DNA from: Paraspadella gotoi
Taxonomy: Eukaryota; Animalia; Chaetognatha
Length of the DNA: 64,000 nt
Assembly: GCA_051294375.1 (NCBI GenBank)
Contig: CM119264.1
Span: forward strand, 23,568,858 to 23,632,857
Direction: 5' to 3'
Shown here piece after piece: positions 40,152-54,467 of this stretch. How positions within the stretch are numbered: position 1 is the first letter of the stretch; each line of letters opens with the position of its first letter. Made by a program: the position numbers and the translations under genes. The notes under the pieces were generated by a model. It was not told where the DNA came from. It worked only from the letters and a program-made list of their open reading frames with translations, and ran no database searches.

Positions 40152-41295
40152 AAAGCTGCATCACCTTGAATATTCACTCAGATTTTTTTAATTCGGTAAA
40201 TGAACGTTTAGAGAGGAAAGAGAGAGAAAGTAAAAAAGAGAAAAAGAAAGAGAGAGAAAGAAAAAGAGAGAGAGAGAGAAAGTTCTCGCGATAGAAACAA
40301 GATTCGGTCATGACTAGAGTCTCTTTCAAAGACTTAAAATCGTCTCTCTCTCTCTCTCTTTCGTTGGAGATAAACTCAGCTGCATCCGTCTACGTCAAAT
40401 TAAGATAATTAACAACATCAGGTAATAAAATTTAAAAAATACAATATTAGACATTGATAATAATAATAATATTAATATTAATAATAATGATATAAAATAA
40501 TACAGTAATTACATATTGTCCTGATATATTACTGCCAAAAAAAACTGTTATCATTTAATCTAGGAAGCTACTGACGAAATCGAATCTGATAAAAACTAAA
40601 AAAAAACTTTTCTCGACCGACGCGAAGGTTTAAAAATCAAATGATCGAAAAACTGTGAATCATAAGACAACAAAGATTTTTTTTCTCAAAAATAATTTTG
40701 ACAACAATGCTAATGTAAATGTTTCTACATTGTTGACTCAACAACCCCATTTCGATTTTTGTCAGTAATCCCAGCGAAAACCAAAATCGATTTTTTTTTT
40801 CACTCCTTCCGTTTTGCCAATAACGAATCAAGTTTCATCGGGAATTCAGATACACGTAAAGACAACACGATGGTCCCTCTGTCATGACTCTAGCGCTGCT
40901 TGGCCCTTGTGAATTCCGTCACACTCGCCCTTCGCCAATCTATCGCCACTGCTCCAGAAAAAAATTGACATTTATATTCCGAAACTTAAAAAAAAGAGAG
41001 AGACAGAACCGTCATGAAGACGAACCTGAACTTTCTCGGCTCTCTCAAAGTCGACCCGGCTCGTCTCGGCACTCCTAAGGACAACGCTGCACCTCGCCAG
41101 CCCTGCACCCCCCGCCCGGATTCCGAGGTGATGTTTGCTCAAATCTCTTTCTCTCCGGAGCGAAAATATTTGTTCGTTTCAGTTTCTCTTTCGAACAAAA
41201 CTCTTTTTTGGGGGAAAAAAAGAACCGAAACGAAATTATTCTATGTTTTTCTCTTCGTTAATTTTTTTAATATTAATTATTGCAGGTTTATTTCA

Positions 41296-41334
<39 letters not shown>

Positions 41335-41895
41335 GGAGAGATGAGAAAGAGCGAGAAACGAGAGAGAGAGAGATAAAAGAAAATTAAGCTGTGACCAAAT
41401 TGACCTTCGAACAGTTTGAAACCATCCTGTGAAGAACGAAACTTCATTTCAAAGATTTTTCAAGCCTTTTCGTAGAATCGACGGATAAACTTAACAAAAA
41501 TAAGAAAATATTTTTATTAAATCTAAACTCTTTAAATACCGATCGTTCAATTCTTAGCCTTTTAGTATTTTTAGTTTATCGGTCTTCATTATATTATTTG
41601 GATTTTTTTTAAAAAGGTTTTTCGATTGACAAGTTTTACAAGATTTCAAAACCGCAAAATAAATAATATTTTTTTTTAAAAACTGCGGTTGAGACTAGGA
41701 CGACCAGAACACGACGACCTTATTGAATCAACAACATACTGGATTTTGGGGAAAAAAAGACGCGAAAAAAACTCGATCAGAAAGACATTTATCGTAATTA
41801 ATTATTTCTGGATACAACCGAAAAAACAAATTACTCTTTATACGGTTTTTAACCGGTGTATTTTATGTTTAATAATAAACTAACGTCAGCCAAAA

Positions 41896-42169
41896 ATGAA
41901 CATCTCTGGATACGTGGCCCCGGGATTCGAACCCGTGCGTGACATGTTCGAGAACAACTTCCGTTTGGGACACGAAGCGCACGCGCAACTCAGCGTCTAC
42001 GTCGCCGGCGAGCAAGTCATCGACCTGTGGGGTTCGTCGGCTGCGGCTGCGTCGTCGGCTCCGGCGTCGGCGGAATCCTTCGGTCCCGATTCGCTCGTCA
42101 ACGTCTTCAGCAGCACAAAGTGTCTCACGTCGATCGTCATCGCCAAACTCGTCGACGAGGGGAGGATCA

Positions 42170-42170
<1 letters not shown>
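41896..42170 (+). CDS. Beta-lactamase-family (EstA/class C-like) serine hydrolase A, exon 1 (clean copy)
   Basis: MNISGYVAPGFEPVRDMFENNF...QLSVYVAGEQVIDLWG...FSSTKCLTSIVIAKLVDEGRI contains the catalytic SxxK (SSTK). Donor AG|GTGAGA. The same start is seen at 54468 before an N-gap. Confidence 0.85.
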
Positions 42171-42203
<33 letters not shown>

Positions 42204-42984
42204 NNNNNNNNNNNNNNNNNNNNNNNNNNNNNNNNNNNNNNNNNNNNNNNNNNNNNNNNNNNNNNNNNNNNNNNNNNNNNNNNNNNNNNNNNNNNNNNNN
42301 NNNTAATTGTCGCGTTGCTTTTCGTGCCCCGCCCTTGCGCCAGCCCCTGCCGCCACCTTCCGCCATGTACGTTCCGCCGTTTACACATTCCGTACTGTCT
42401 TCGTATCACGTCACCGACTTCCTAATCAGGATGATGATTCTTGGGGCGGAATCACCTTCTGTCGGCGAACGACTTTCAGTTGTTTTTTTTTTTTTGTTTC
42501 TCTTTTTTTTTTTTTTTTCAGTTTTGCTCTCTCTCGTTTTTTTTTCTCGTTTTCAATGATTTTCCTGTTCGAGAATTTTCTTTTTGAGCTTTTTGTATCA
42601 GGTTGTTTTCCTACCGTAACTCTACCGTTAATCTCTCAAAGTCAGACAGAGGAATTCCGATCCTGTGCCTTACAGATGGCGTCGACGGTTGCTTTATTTT
42701 TTTGACGACAGATAGCCATAGACGTTCGGTTTGGGACGCCACCTGTCGGATCAATTTCCTTCTCAGCCATCTCCTTCAACAACATCTACTCGCGCTTTGA
42801 TCCCATCGTTAAATCGCCTTCTCGGTCTATTTTAGTTCTTCTTAAAAATCTCAATCTTTGCCAAACGCTATCGAGCCTCTTCCTCTTTTTATCCCACTTA
42901 CCAGTCGCCACTCCTCACCCCGTCAACACTCTTAACTCACTCGCCACTCCATTACTTCCTTTTACCAAACCTTCCCACGTCTCT

Positions 42985-43032
42985 CCCCTGCCCGAACCCT
43001 CTGCCCGAACCCTCTGCCCGAACCCTCTGCCC
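42985..43032 (+). repeat. Short tandem repeat, ~12-13-bp unit CCCTCTGCCCGAA, 3-4 copies
   Basis: Read directly from the sequence. Confidence 0.85.
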
Positions 43033-43523
43033 ACCCGCCGCGGAGCCCCGCTCGTTTTTTTCCGTCGTTCGGCCGGGGCGGTGATTCGGAGGCGCCACCA
43101 ACGGCCGCAAGAAAAATTAGCGCCGTCTTCGTCGTCGTTATCGTCGTCGTCGTCGTCGTTATCGTCTACGTTATCGTCGTTGGCGATCGCCTCGTCATTG
43201 ACAATGATGTCGTCTCTGTTAACACGTCGTTATTGTTGTGACCGTTTTTGTCGTTATTTTTTTCTCACTAATCTACGTCTTATAATTTGTCGTCGTTTCT
43301 GTCATTTTTGGTATTATTCGTCGTTTTCGTCGTCATCTTTATTCTTTTTCGTCGATATAATAGCAACTTTATTGCCACGTTTGGAAAATTGGTGAATACT
43401 GGGCAAAGATTAATTTATTTCTCAAGGCAACCTGTTTTATGAATTCGAAATAAAGTTAAAAATAGTCAGTCAGTATAGGTCTATAGGAATTTTAAGCTAG
43501 AGACTACGACAATAACCACCGCT

Positions 43524-43565
<42 letters not shown>
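43524..43565. repeat. (CAA)n microsatellite
   Basis: Read directly from the sequence. Confidence 0.95.
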
Positions 43566-44753
43566 GCAAGAACGCAATTTCGTCTCCGCCGGCGCCTGGG
43601 CAACAATGTTAATCGCTCGCTGATGCTGTTAACTATTTACTCGTCGCGAAAAACTCCATAAAAAACACGAGGGTTTGATAAATTTATGGACCGGAAACGA
43701 CGGGAGGAGTGGGAGGAAAGAGGAGAAAGAGGGGAGAAAGGGGAGAGAAGAGCTCAGAGATGATGGGGACTTGTTGGAGAGGTGAGAAGGGAAGGGATGG
43801 GGAAGAATATAGAAGAAGCGGCGAGAAGAGACGAAAGAAAGAGGGTAAGATAAGGCACGAGAAGGTTTAAGAAAGAAAAGGAGAGAGAGAGGAGAGAGGG
43901 AGGGAGGGAGGGAGAGAGAAGGAGAGAGAGATGAGAGAGAGGAGAAGAGAGAGAGAGGAGAGAGAGAGGAGAGAGAGAGGAGAGAGAGAGGATAATATAT
44001 ATATATTACAGATAAGAAACGAAGTGAACAGAAAATGAGAAACCAAGCAAAAGGGAAGCGATGAAAAAAAAAAGAAAGAAAGAATGTGGGAACAGAGGAA
44101 GAGAAAGTAAAAGAGAAGAGAGTGGGACGGTGGTGGTGACTCCGCCCAACTGAAGAAAGATGAGACAAAAGGGGGAAAAGTGGAAAGGCCAGAAGGAAAA
44201 AAAAAACAGGAAATTAGGGGATGGGGGTTGAATGATTGATGAAAGATCGGTCTCAGCTTCTGAGGCCAAACTCTCAAATTAACCGTCTCAACTTACCCTC
44301 CCCTCCCCCCCGCCGCCGCCGACGCCCCCCCTAGCTTTCAGTTTCTGGGATCGAAAAAGAAAATATTTCCACATTGAAGTTCTTCTCTCTATTTTTTTTT
44401 CTGCCAAAAAAGTGAACTGCTTTTTTAAAGTAAAAGTTTAGAAAACTAAATTCAATAAAAAAGAGGAGAACTTTCCAGAGAATCTTTAGAAATACCTAGA
44501 AAGCTTATTTGTGAGGATCATTTGTCAAATAAAAATTTTCCTCATTTCTTTATTCGTTATTTTATTGCAGTGAAATCTCGGATTCTGAAATTATCTGACT
44601 CCCCGAGCGCATTTTTTGTATATTAATTGTACATAGAATGTTCTCATTTGCATAAATTAAGGGAACTTAAAAATTCAACTTTTAAAAAGTCGGAAATGAA
44701 TTCGGCCCTTGAGCCAAATTATAACAACAGGCTTTACCAAAGAAGATTGGTCG

Positions 44754-44800
<47 letters not shown>

Positions 44801-45966
44801 GAGAGAGAGAGATTAAAAGCTGCATCACCTTGAATATTCACCAGATTTTTTAATTCGGTAAATGAACGTTTAGAGAGGAAAGAGAGAGAATGTAAAAAAT
44901 AGAAAAAGAAAGAGACGAGAAAAGAAAAGAGAGAGGAGAGAGAAAGTTCTCGCGATAGAAACAAGATTCCGGCATACTAGAGTCTCTTTCAAAGACTTAT
45001 AAAATCTCTCTCTCTCTCTCTCTTTCGTTGGAGATAAACTCAGCTGCATCCGTCTACGTCAAATTAAGATAACTTAAACAACATCAGGTAATAAAATTTT
45101 AAAAAAATACAATATTAGACATTAATAATAATAATATTAATATTAATAATAATGATATAGAAAATAATACAGTAATTAATATTTTCCTGATATTACTGCC
45201 AAAAAAAAACTGTTATCATTTAATCTAGGAAGCTACTGACGAAATCGAATCTGATAAAAACTTAAAAAAAAACTTTTCTCGACCGACGCGGAAGGCTTTA
45301 AAATCAAATGATCGAAAACTGTAAATCATAAGACAAACAAAGATTTTTTTTCTCAAAAATAATTTTGACAACAATGCTAATGTAAATGTTTCTACATTGT
45401 TGACTCAACACCCATTCGATTTTTGTCAGGTAATCCCAGCGAAAACCAAAAAATCGATTTTTTTTTTCACTCCTTCCGTTTTGCCAATAACGAATCAAGT
45501 TTCATCGGGAATTCAGATACACGTAAAGACAACACCGATGGTCCCTCTGTCATGACTCTAGCGCTGCTTGGCCCTTTTGAATTCCGTCACACTCGCCCTT
45601 CGCCAATCTATCGCCACTGCTCCAGAAAAAAATTGACAATTATATTCCGAATCTTAAAAAAAAGAGAGAGACAGAACCGTCATGAAGACGAACCCTGAAC
45701 TTCTCGGCTCTCTCAAAGTCGACCCGGCTCGTCTCGGCACTCCTAAGGACAACGCTGCACCTCGCCAGCCCCTGCACCCCCCGCCCGGATTCCGAGGGAT
45801 GTTTGCTCAAATCTCTTTCTCTCCGGAGCGAAACTATATTTGTTCGTTTCAGTTTCTCTTTCGAACAAAAACTCTTTTTTGGGGGGAAAAAAAAGAACGC
45901 GAAACGAAATTATTCTATTTTTTTCTTCGTTAATTTTTTTAATATTAATTATTGCAGGTTTATTTC

Positions 45967-46019
<53 letters not shown>

Positions 46020-46618
46020 GAGAGAGAAGAGAGAGAGCAAGAGAAAAGCGGAGAACGAGAGAGAGAGATAAAAGAAAATTAGAGCTGTGACCAAATGACC
46101 TTTCGAACAGTTTGAAAGCCGCTTATCCTGTGAAGAAACGAAACTTCATTTCAAAGATTTCAGCTTTTCGATTAGAATCGACGGTATAAACTTAACAAAC
46201 AATAAGAAATATTTTATTTTTAAATCTAAACTCTTTAATACGATGCGTTCAATTCTTAGCCTTTTAGTATTTTACGTTTCATGTCTTCATTATATTATTG
46301 ATTTTTTAAATAAAGTTTCGATTGACATGTTTTACAAAATTTCAAAAACCGCAAAAATAAATAATAATTTTTTTTTTTTAAAAACTGCGGTTGAGACTAG
46401 GAACGACCAAACACGGAACGACCTTATTGAATCAACAACTAACTGGATTTTGGGGAAAAAAAAAGAACGCGAAATAAAACTCGATCGAGAAAGACATTTA
46501 TGTAATTATTTTTTCTGGATACAACCGAAAAAAACAAATTACACTCTTATAGTTTAATTTAACGGTTTTTAAAAACCGTGTATTTTATATGTTTAAATAA
46601 TAACTAACGAAGCCAAAA

Positions 46619-49087
46619 ATGAACCTCTGGATACGTGGCCCCGGGATTCGAACCCGTGCGTGCATGTTCGAGACACTTTCCGTTTGGGGACAACGAGCAA
46701 GAAAAGCGCACGCGCAAACAGCGCTAGTCGCGGCGAGCAAGTCATCGAACCTTTGTGGGGTTTCGTTCGGCTGCGGCTTTTTGCCGTCGTCGGCTCCGGC
46801 GTCGGCGGAAATCCCCTTTCGGTCCCCGATTCGCTCGGTCAACGTCCCTCCAGGCAGCACAAAGTGTCTCACGTTTCGATCGTCAAATCCGCCAAACTCG
46901 TCGAACGAGGGAAGATCAGTGAAGAGAGAGAGGAGAGAGAAGAGAAGAAGAGAGATAGATAGTAGAGATATAGATATAATATATTCATTCTCTCGAGAAA
47001 AACAGAATGTCAATTACAATCACAATATCAAGGTATATTAACAAAGGTTAATGATCGTTTGGTGGCGAATCCCTAAAATTCGCCACCGTTATAAAGCTTG
47101 GTGAAACTCAGCCGTCCCATTACTTGGACAGCAAGTACTCGTTTCACACAACCTAGAGTTCGCGTTCAATTCTCCTCACGGTCCGGGCTGGTAAAGGTGA
47201 TGGTTGTCGGAATGAAAACACGCCCAGTCGTCTTGGGGGGTCACTGAGGCAGGTCTCCAAAAACCAACCCCTGACTCCCTGCTGTCGGCAAGATTGTTCA
47301 CACCCAGGCATACACACAATGTCCCGGTCCCCGCCTCCCGCCCACCCCACCGCCCCACCACCTTGTAATATAAGTTTCAAATACATTTTTTTCCTCCAGT
47401 TAAATTTCACTACGAACACTTCTTCGCTTCCAGTTTACGATAACTCTAAGATCTCGAGACCATCTGGCAGAAAGGTTCGGCGGCCAAAACGGCATAAAGG
47501 AGAGCATTTTGAACGGCTGGCGATTACCTGCTGCGCCACGAGAAACTGGGCTACTCCTCTTTCGACACGGAGACGCTGCCCTTAGAATGAGATCTGCGCA
47601 TCGGAACGCAATAAACAATAACCAGCATCCAGGCGCCGAATCAATCGCGAGAAACGAAAAATGAGCAGTTTTTTGTATTTACAAATAGTTTTTTTACCTC
47701 TTTTCCCCCCCACATGAACATAGCATTTTTCACGTAAATTATAACGTTAATAATCATTATCTCAAGTTATCGCGAGGGGCGGTGAATTTCACCGCCGTGA
47801 TAATCAACTCATTGACCACACCACTCCGCAGAGTTTTTCATCGCCAACGCGAAATCGTGAGGACGAGTCGACGGATACGTGCGTGGACTAAAGCGAGAAG
47901 AAACTATAGCAGAATTTCCAAGTAAGCTCGCTTGATATTTTTACGAAGAAAAAAAAGAAAATCTAGTTCTTTTATATAAAAAGAATTTTGTAATAATCGA
48001 CGATCTCTATCTATATGAATAATGAAATGAATATGGATGAATAAATGAATGAATGAAATGAAAATTTCATTCATTTAATTCTTAATTAATATTAATGAAA
48101 CTTATAAGATTTACTTTGTTTTATATAAAATATTATTCCTAAAAAGACTTTTTTTTGAAATTAATAATAAAACAAAATTTATTTGGTCATACTTTATTGA
48201 AATTAATTAATTTTGTTAAAGAGGTAAACTTTTTTAAACCTGGTAAATATATTTTAGTATTTAAATAGTTTTTATATATTAATAACTTCTATTTCTATAA
48301 ATACCCAAAGGGAAGAGATAACCGAGCGATGAAATTTAGACGCATACATCGGCATAAAAGGAAACGACTTGTTGAAAAACACCGCGTTCAGCCTTTGGAG
48401 TCCCTGCGCAATACAAATTCCTGCTGAGCTTCATCCCTCATGTTGGGCGGGCAGAAGACCCGGGCCAACTTCCTCGATAATGGTAAGAATGGAGAGGTGG
48501 CGTTGGTCTTTCAAGGTCTTTTTTCCCGAGTCCTTGCCAACACACGCTAACGTATTCGATTACAATGTCCGTTGATACCAAACCTGAAGACTGTGCTCAG
48601 TCGATGCTTAACTCAGTTCGACGGGACAAGCAGCCCGCCGCCGGCCGTGGGCGGCAGTAAGCATTTAAAGGACGGTCGGCCTTGACATGCCACGTCGCCG
48701 CATTTAAAGACGCATCGGCCTTGACATTCGCGTTTTCAACGACGCTAAGACAGAAGCCGTCGAAATACCCGCTGGCTAACGCACACGACATTCCGCCTTT
48801 CCGCGAGAGCGTGAGAGAGAATTTGCTTTCTATTAAATCCAAAACTTATGGCAAAATTGCATTATGGCAATTTATGCAAAATATTAAATGTTATTGCCAA
48901 AATTATGACCGGTATTGTGCCAATTGTGGCAATACCCGAGAATATTGAAAACGTAGCCATTTTAAACTGGATGCATGGTTTTTTCTAAAAAAGACCAATT
49001 AGAAGGTAAGGTGCATGTTTTTGGTGCTATGTGGTACGTTTGTTTTTTTTGTTTTGACAGACAGACAGAGAGAGAGGAGAAGAGAGC

Positions 49088-49129
<42 letters not shown>

Positions 49130-50200
49130 AGAAGAAGAGAGAGCATAGCATACAACGTAGACCGCCGCCGTCATAAATCAACCCCGGTGGTCATGATTTC
49201 ATTTATAAAAAACATAATTAAGAAAACTTTTGTAAATGAATTGATATACAACTTGATTCACCATTTTTTTTTTTCATTTTCACAGCCCTCATTTCCTTAA
49301 AAACGAATCTTGAAACCTTAAAACAGCTTTGGTCCGGCTTGCGTTCCATCATGCAACGGCGGTGGGCGTGTCTTCGGAGACTTTCGGTGCTAAGGACGCC
49401 ACGCGGTGCGCGGATTTTCTCACTTATGCTGTCCTTGTTGAACGGACATGGCAGCGGCGCAATAACCTTCTTTTTCCACGCGACGCGGGGCGGCGTCGCC
49501 GTACTCGAAGATGCCGACCAAACCGACGGGCCGAAAGAGAGGAGTCGAAGTGGAAGGAAGGAATGGATAGGTTGGAAGACGTGAAAAGAGTTTAAATATG
49601 GTCATGTGATGCGTGATTCGAGAAAGATTCAAAAAAAAGGCTGCTAAAATAAGTTTTGAAGTGTGACAACCGTTTATTCGCGTATGTGTAGGGAGATAGT
49701 GCCTTTGTTTGAGCCGATACCTCTATCGGTGCCGTTGCGTTCCGTGAAACTTTGCATGCCACCGCGGTAGGCTAGTTTTCCGGTAAGTTTAAAAAAACCG
49801 GCCCGTTTATGGCAACAGCCGGGATTGCCAACAAAATCCGTCCAACACAATTTTGCGAGTTCCCTTTCGATGTTGAGGTTCGGAAAAAAAATCGTTTTAG
49901 CTCATTGGGCAACTAGCGATGTCCTATGTAGTAATAGTACATAATTGAACGATGATACGACGTTGACTACACCCTAATTTCCAGGCTTTTATACCGGTTG
50001 GGGAAGGTCTCATGGCGGAATCGAGCTTCATGTGGAACTTGGAGGACGAAAATCGGCTTCCGTTTCATTCCATCTTTTTTGTTTTGGGTGGACATTCGAA
50101 ACGAACGAGAGTTGCAGATTGATCACGGAAGTTTGGATGCGTCAAGAGGAGAAAGCAGGAAAGTCAATGAAGATATATTTGCGTGCATTACTTTAAATAT
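46619..50200 (+). other. Indel-riddled full-length copy of lactamase gene A (likely raw-read gap fill, not a true pseudogene)
   Basis: All 7 exons are recognisable in order. This includes exon 3 (~47767-47920) and the last exon (~49985 onward, approx. GFYGWGGLGGS.FMWN..EKIGF), which fall in N-gaps in the clean copy. Confidence 0.75.
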
Positions 50201-50821
50201 CACAACGCACATTGTGACTGAACCTAGATTTCAATTCACAGATTAATTAGCCTATTTTCTACCTTTTGCCAAATTTAAAAACAACTATTTATTCATCATT
50301 ATAAAAACGGGGTTTTCAATTACACAGGCGTGTGAAAAGATTATTATAGATTTTTATATTTATATTATAACAAATTTACTCATTTTAACGTTGTTGGCAG
50401 TGATTGTAAATAGGTAAACTTTTTCTGAGAAAATAGTATTTTTAACGTATCTGCAGTGTGAGTTTTACAGAACTTGCTTGTCTCCTCGCCTTCTGGAGAG
50501 TGGTCACGTTATTGTATGCTTGAGCTCTTTCTTTTAAAAAAATCGCGAAAATTGACTTCATTCCCTAGTCAAATTTTTTTGAAAGTTGATTAAAATGTTT
50601 GGATTATATATTGTTTTTTGTAATTTCATAACCTTTCTTTTTCTTGTTAAACGTTTTGTTTATAAAGCTCCAAGGTGATTACAAAATTTATAGAATTTAC
50701 CTATTTTTATTGCGATTAATGATGTAAATTGATTATAGTTCCTTTTATTTCGCTCGGTTTCAGATAATAAAAAAATTAAAGATCTCTCCCTTTAATCTTG
50801 AATAACCAAATCTGAAACGCG

Positions 50822-51095
50822 ATGGAGTGGCATCACGGGATTCCGCGCGCCAGGGTTCGAATCCAGTAGCGCGATTGTTCGCGGAGCAACTTTCGTCACG
50901 GTTTACCGAACAAAAAACTCTCAGCTCAGTCGTACTACTTTGAGGGAGAGCATGTTTGTCGATTTCTGTGCGCGGCGACTTCGCCCTCGTTTCGGTCCGG
51001 ATTCCGTCGTCAATCTCTCAGCCAGCACCAAGTGCCTCACCGCCATTGTCGTGGCAAGATGGGTCGACGGAGGGAGGCTGAGGTTAAGAGAGAGG

Positions 51096-51181
<86 letters not shown>

Positions 51182-53450
51182 GATGAAATTGTATTTTTTA
51201 TCACAGGTCAGTAGACGAAATGCTGTTAGATTGAAAAGTTTACCGCTTTTCTTGGTCAACAAAAAAAAAAAAAAAAAAACACAAAACAAATTTACATGTT
51301 TTCAACCTGTTCCCTCAATTAACAAAAATTTAACTTTAATCGTCCTCAGCTACGACAACCAAAATAGCGCTGTATGGCCAGAATTTGCAGCGAATCGAAA
51401 GGGACATTGACTGTTGCCGACCTGATGCGTCATGAAGCTGGACTCAGGAATTCGACCAACTATTCGACATCCCACGTCTTTTGGCCAATCAGATCAAACC
51501 AAAACTCAGTCGCTCCCATCATAGAAAAGCAGAGATTGTAGTAAGAATAATTGTGTTCGATGAGCATCGCTTTGAATTCATGGTTTTATCTTTCATACAT
51601 ATGTAAAGTCAATTTGAAAACTAACCTAATGGACTGCCATTAAATCTTTTGTAAAGTTGTCTGTATAGTGTATATTAGAAATCAATCAATTTATGATTTG
51701 ATATATGTGCTTAATTCCTCTTCAAAAATAAAATTGAAAACTTTTTAAACTTCATGTTATCGGAGATGGAGGGGGATTTCACCCGGCGCGAGTATCACAT
51801 GACGATGACCAGGGCTGGATTGCCAATGAGATCGTCAGGATTGCGCGTAGAACAGCAGAGGCAGGACCATTGGAAGATACTTAGGTGAGACAATGTTGAT
51901 TCTCAAAAAGTAATCTTTTGACAAATTTCTTTTTTTCAATTTTGTGTAGTTTTGCAAAATATACGAAAAAAAATATGTTTTACACAAAAGTATATAAAAC
52001 GCGTTTCAAATTTTCCTTTAAAAAATTAGTTTAAAAAATTATTATTTCAGATAACCAATCTTTTTAAAAAAAATAGTATTAACTAAGTGATAAAAAAAAA
52101 TTGCCAGGGAAGACATCAGTCATCCTCTGGGAATTGACGCTTACATCGGAATGAACGAAGAGGAATTGAAAAGAAGGCTTTTCCGATTGAAGCCATCGAC
52201 ACTTGCCTTCATGGTATATGCAAGGATTCCTCCCAAATGTTGTGGAAGAAGAAACGGAATTTAACACGTCTTCGAATTGGTTGAGCGTATTGGAAAGCTC
52301 ATTTGAAAGGATGGAAAGGGGAGAAATTAAAATATAGTATTTTTAATACAATAGGCTGACTTGAAAAAATTTATATCCATTTGAAATCTGTTTATCTTAT
52401 GAACTCACTCAACGGTTTCTCTTTCTCAGTTTGCGCTTTGGAGGTCCGGACTGACCGCCGAAGAAATTGTCCAGGCCGAAAGAACCTCGCCGCAAGTCAG
52501 CCTGTGAGCGGGTATGGAAAAATGGCGACGATTTTGCTGGTTTTCATTTCCAACAGGAGAAATAACTGAAGATCGGAAATTCCAAGCGGCAATGGAACAC
52601 GCCTCCGCCTAGGGGTGAGTTACGAAAAGAAACCTATGCTAGGACAAGTTTGTGATTCAACTGAAATATGATGTCTGTTGTTTGTATGAATTAAAAAAAA
52701 GAAATTATTTTTCTTAAAAATCCGTAAAAAAAGAAAAGTGTTAACTAATTTGTGAACTACAAGACCTGGCCAAAAAAAAAGAGCACTCTAAACATATGCC
52801 AAATAGATCTTGTTAGATTCCTTATTATGAATAAGGATAATAAATAAACCCTAACTTTATTGGAAAAAAAGGAACTATTGGTGCAAATTTGGGTTCAAAT
52901 TTAAACATGATTCTTTGAAATCTTTCAATAATCTATCTTAAATATGTATTATCCCCATTTTTTTTTGTTTTTGACCATTTTGTTTTGTGTTGCTGATAGC
53001 TCTGAGGGACTGGACCGATTTTTTTAAAACTTACAACATATAATTCTACTTTAAATATTTGACTAATTAAATTTTTCTTTAATACAATGCATACAAACGA
53101 ACACGCTATTTAGTTTAAGGTTCCTTTTTATAATTATTTTATTATTATATTAATATATTTTATTGGCGGTCGGCAATGCTAAATTAGCTGTTACTCTTTT
53201 AAAAAAAAAATTGAAAAAAAAAAATATTTCGCTTTGGTCCGTTCTGGCGTCTCCTCAATAGGCCAACGGGGGCTCTTTGGCGACTTCCGGTTGTTAAAAG
53301 TAGCGAAAGCCACCGTCGGCCGATTTTACACAGGGAATCCAATCGAGCGAGAGCATGGGCGGCTCCGCGTGAACTTCTTCAACGCGAGGCGCGTGGGTTA
53401 CGAAGTGATGATGCCCACAGCACCACGGAATTTTGACCAGAGGGATGGTA
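50822..53450 (+). CDS. Beta-lactamase-family serine hydrolase B, tandem paralog (noisy copy, exons 1-6)
   Basis: Frameshift-laden exons at ~50822-51082, 51350-51540, 51765-51885, 52108-52280, 52430-52614 and 53232-53448. Partly readable motifs: STKCLTAIVVA, WPEFAAN.K..LTVADLMRHEAG, EIPS.NGHASARG, ANGGLFGDFRLL. Intron positions match gene A. Confidence 0.65.
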
Positions 53451-53960
53451 AACTCAATTCAAGGTAGAGTTGAGTGTTAGGAAGTTTTCATAAAAAATCC
53501 TGAACTTTTAAGTACTCTAACTTTATTGTTAAAGATGATTTTCATTTTATTACTTAATAGTCTCCTTTTTCTTTCAATTATTATTAATTTCTTTCTTTTA
53601 CCCCCTTGATTATTATTGCAGACCAAGCTTCTAACTTTTCATTTCTTCACTTTGCTTGATTTTATATTTGTTAAGTTTGTTTAACGATCCTGAAGAAAAC
53701 TCTCCTTTGTTTGTCTATTTTTGGTTTTTTCTCCCGTCCGATTATATCTTTCTCATCTAAGTTGAGACACTGTAAGGGAAAATTTCATTATTTTCCACTC
53801 AAGTTTATCTGATATGATAATGGCGACTTTTCACACAAACTGTCCTCCATTTTAATGCATAATCGTAAAAAAAAAAACAAAAAAACAAAGAGTTATATCA
53901 ATCAAGTTTTTTTTAATTTTTTTTTTCTCTTTACAGGAGAAACGAAACCAATTTTATTTT

Positions 53961-54009
53961 TTAGACGAAAATGTTTCGGCTCACAATTTGAGCCTTCATC
54001 AGCGTCAAA
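53961..54009 (-). ncRNA. Minimal type I hammerhead ribozyme-like motif (Penelope-like/retrozyme type)
   Basis: Minus strand: TTTGACG-CTGATGA-A-GGCTCA-aattg-TGAGCC-GAAA-CATT-TT-CGTCTAA. Helix I GACG/CGTC (extendable past one mismatch), 6-bp helix II, minimal helix III, then AATAAA. Confidence 0.65.
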
Positions 54010-54467
54010 GTTTTTGTGAATAACTCCACAACATTTCTACAAAGAGAATGAGAGAGATGAGAGAGAGAGAGAGAGAGAGAAGAGAGAGAGCGAGAGAGAG
54101 AGGAGAGAGAGGAAGAGAAAGNNNNNNNNNNNNNNNNNNNNNNNNNTCATTATATTATTTGGATTTTTTTAAAAAAGGTTTTTCGATTGACATGTTTTAC
54201 AAGATTTCAAAACCGCAAAATAAATAATAATTTTTTTTTTTAAAAACTGCGGTTGAGACTAGGACGACCAGAACACGACGACCTTATTGAATCAACAACA
54301 TACTGGATTTTGGGGAAAAAAAGACGCGAAAAAAACTCGATCAGAAAGACATTTATCGTAATTAATTATTTCTGGATACAACCGAAAAAACAAATTACTC
54401 TTTATAAGTTTATACGGTTTTTAACCGGTGTATTTTATGTTTAATAATAAACTAACGTAAGCCAAAA

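Larger units (their letters stand above)
42410..46930 (+). repeat. Duplicate of 38519-39045 and 39394-42180 (upstream region plus lactamase A exon 1), increasingly noisy
   Basis: Collinear shared sequence (caccgacttcctaatcagg..., gaatgtgggaacagagg..., gactctagcgctgcttggccc...) with 1-bp indels. Confidence 0.9.

Noticed and set aside
41918-41936. ccgggattcgaacccg as a tRNA T-arm/B-box
   Set aside because: It encodes the conserved PGFEP of the lactamase N-terminus, and there is no cloverleaf.
46619-53450. Frameshifted lactamase copies as true pseudogenes or programmed frameshifting
   Set aside because: The uniform indel noise also affects introns, and clean copies of the same exons exist. This fits raw-read error.
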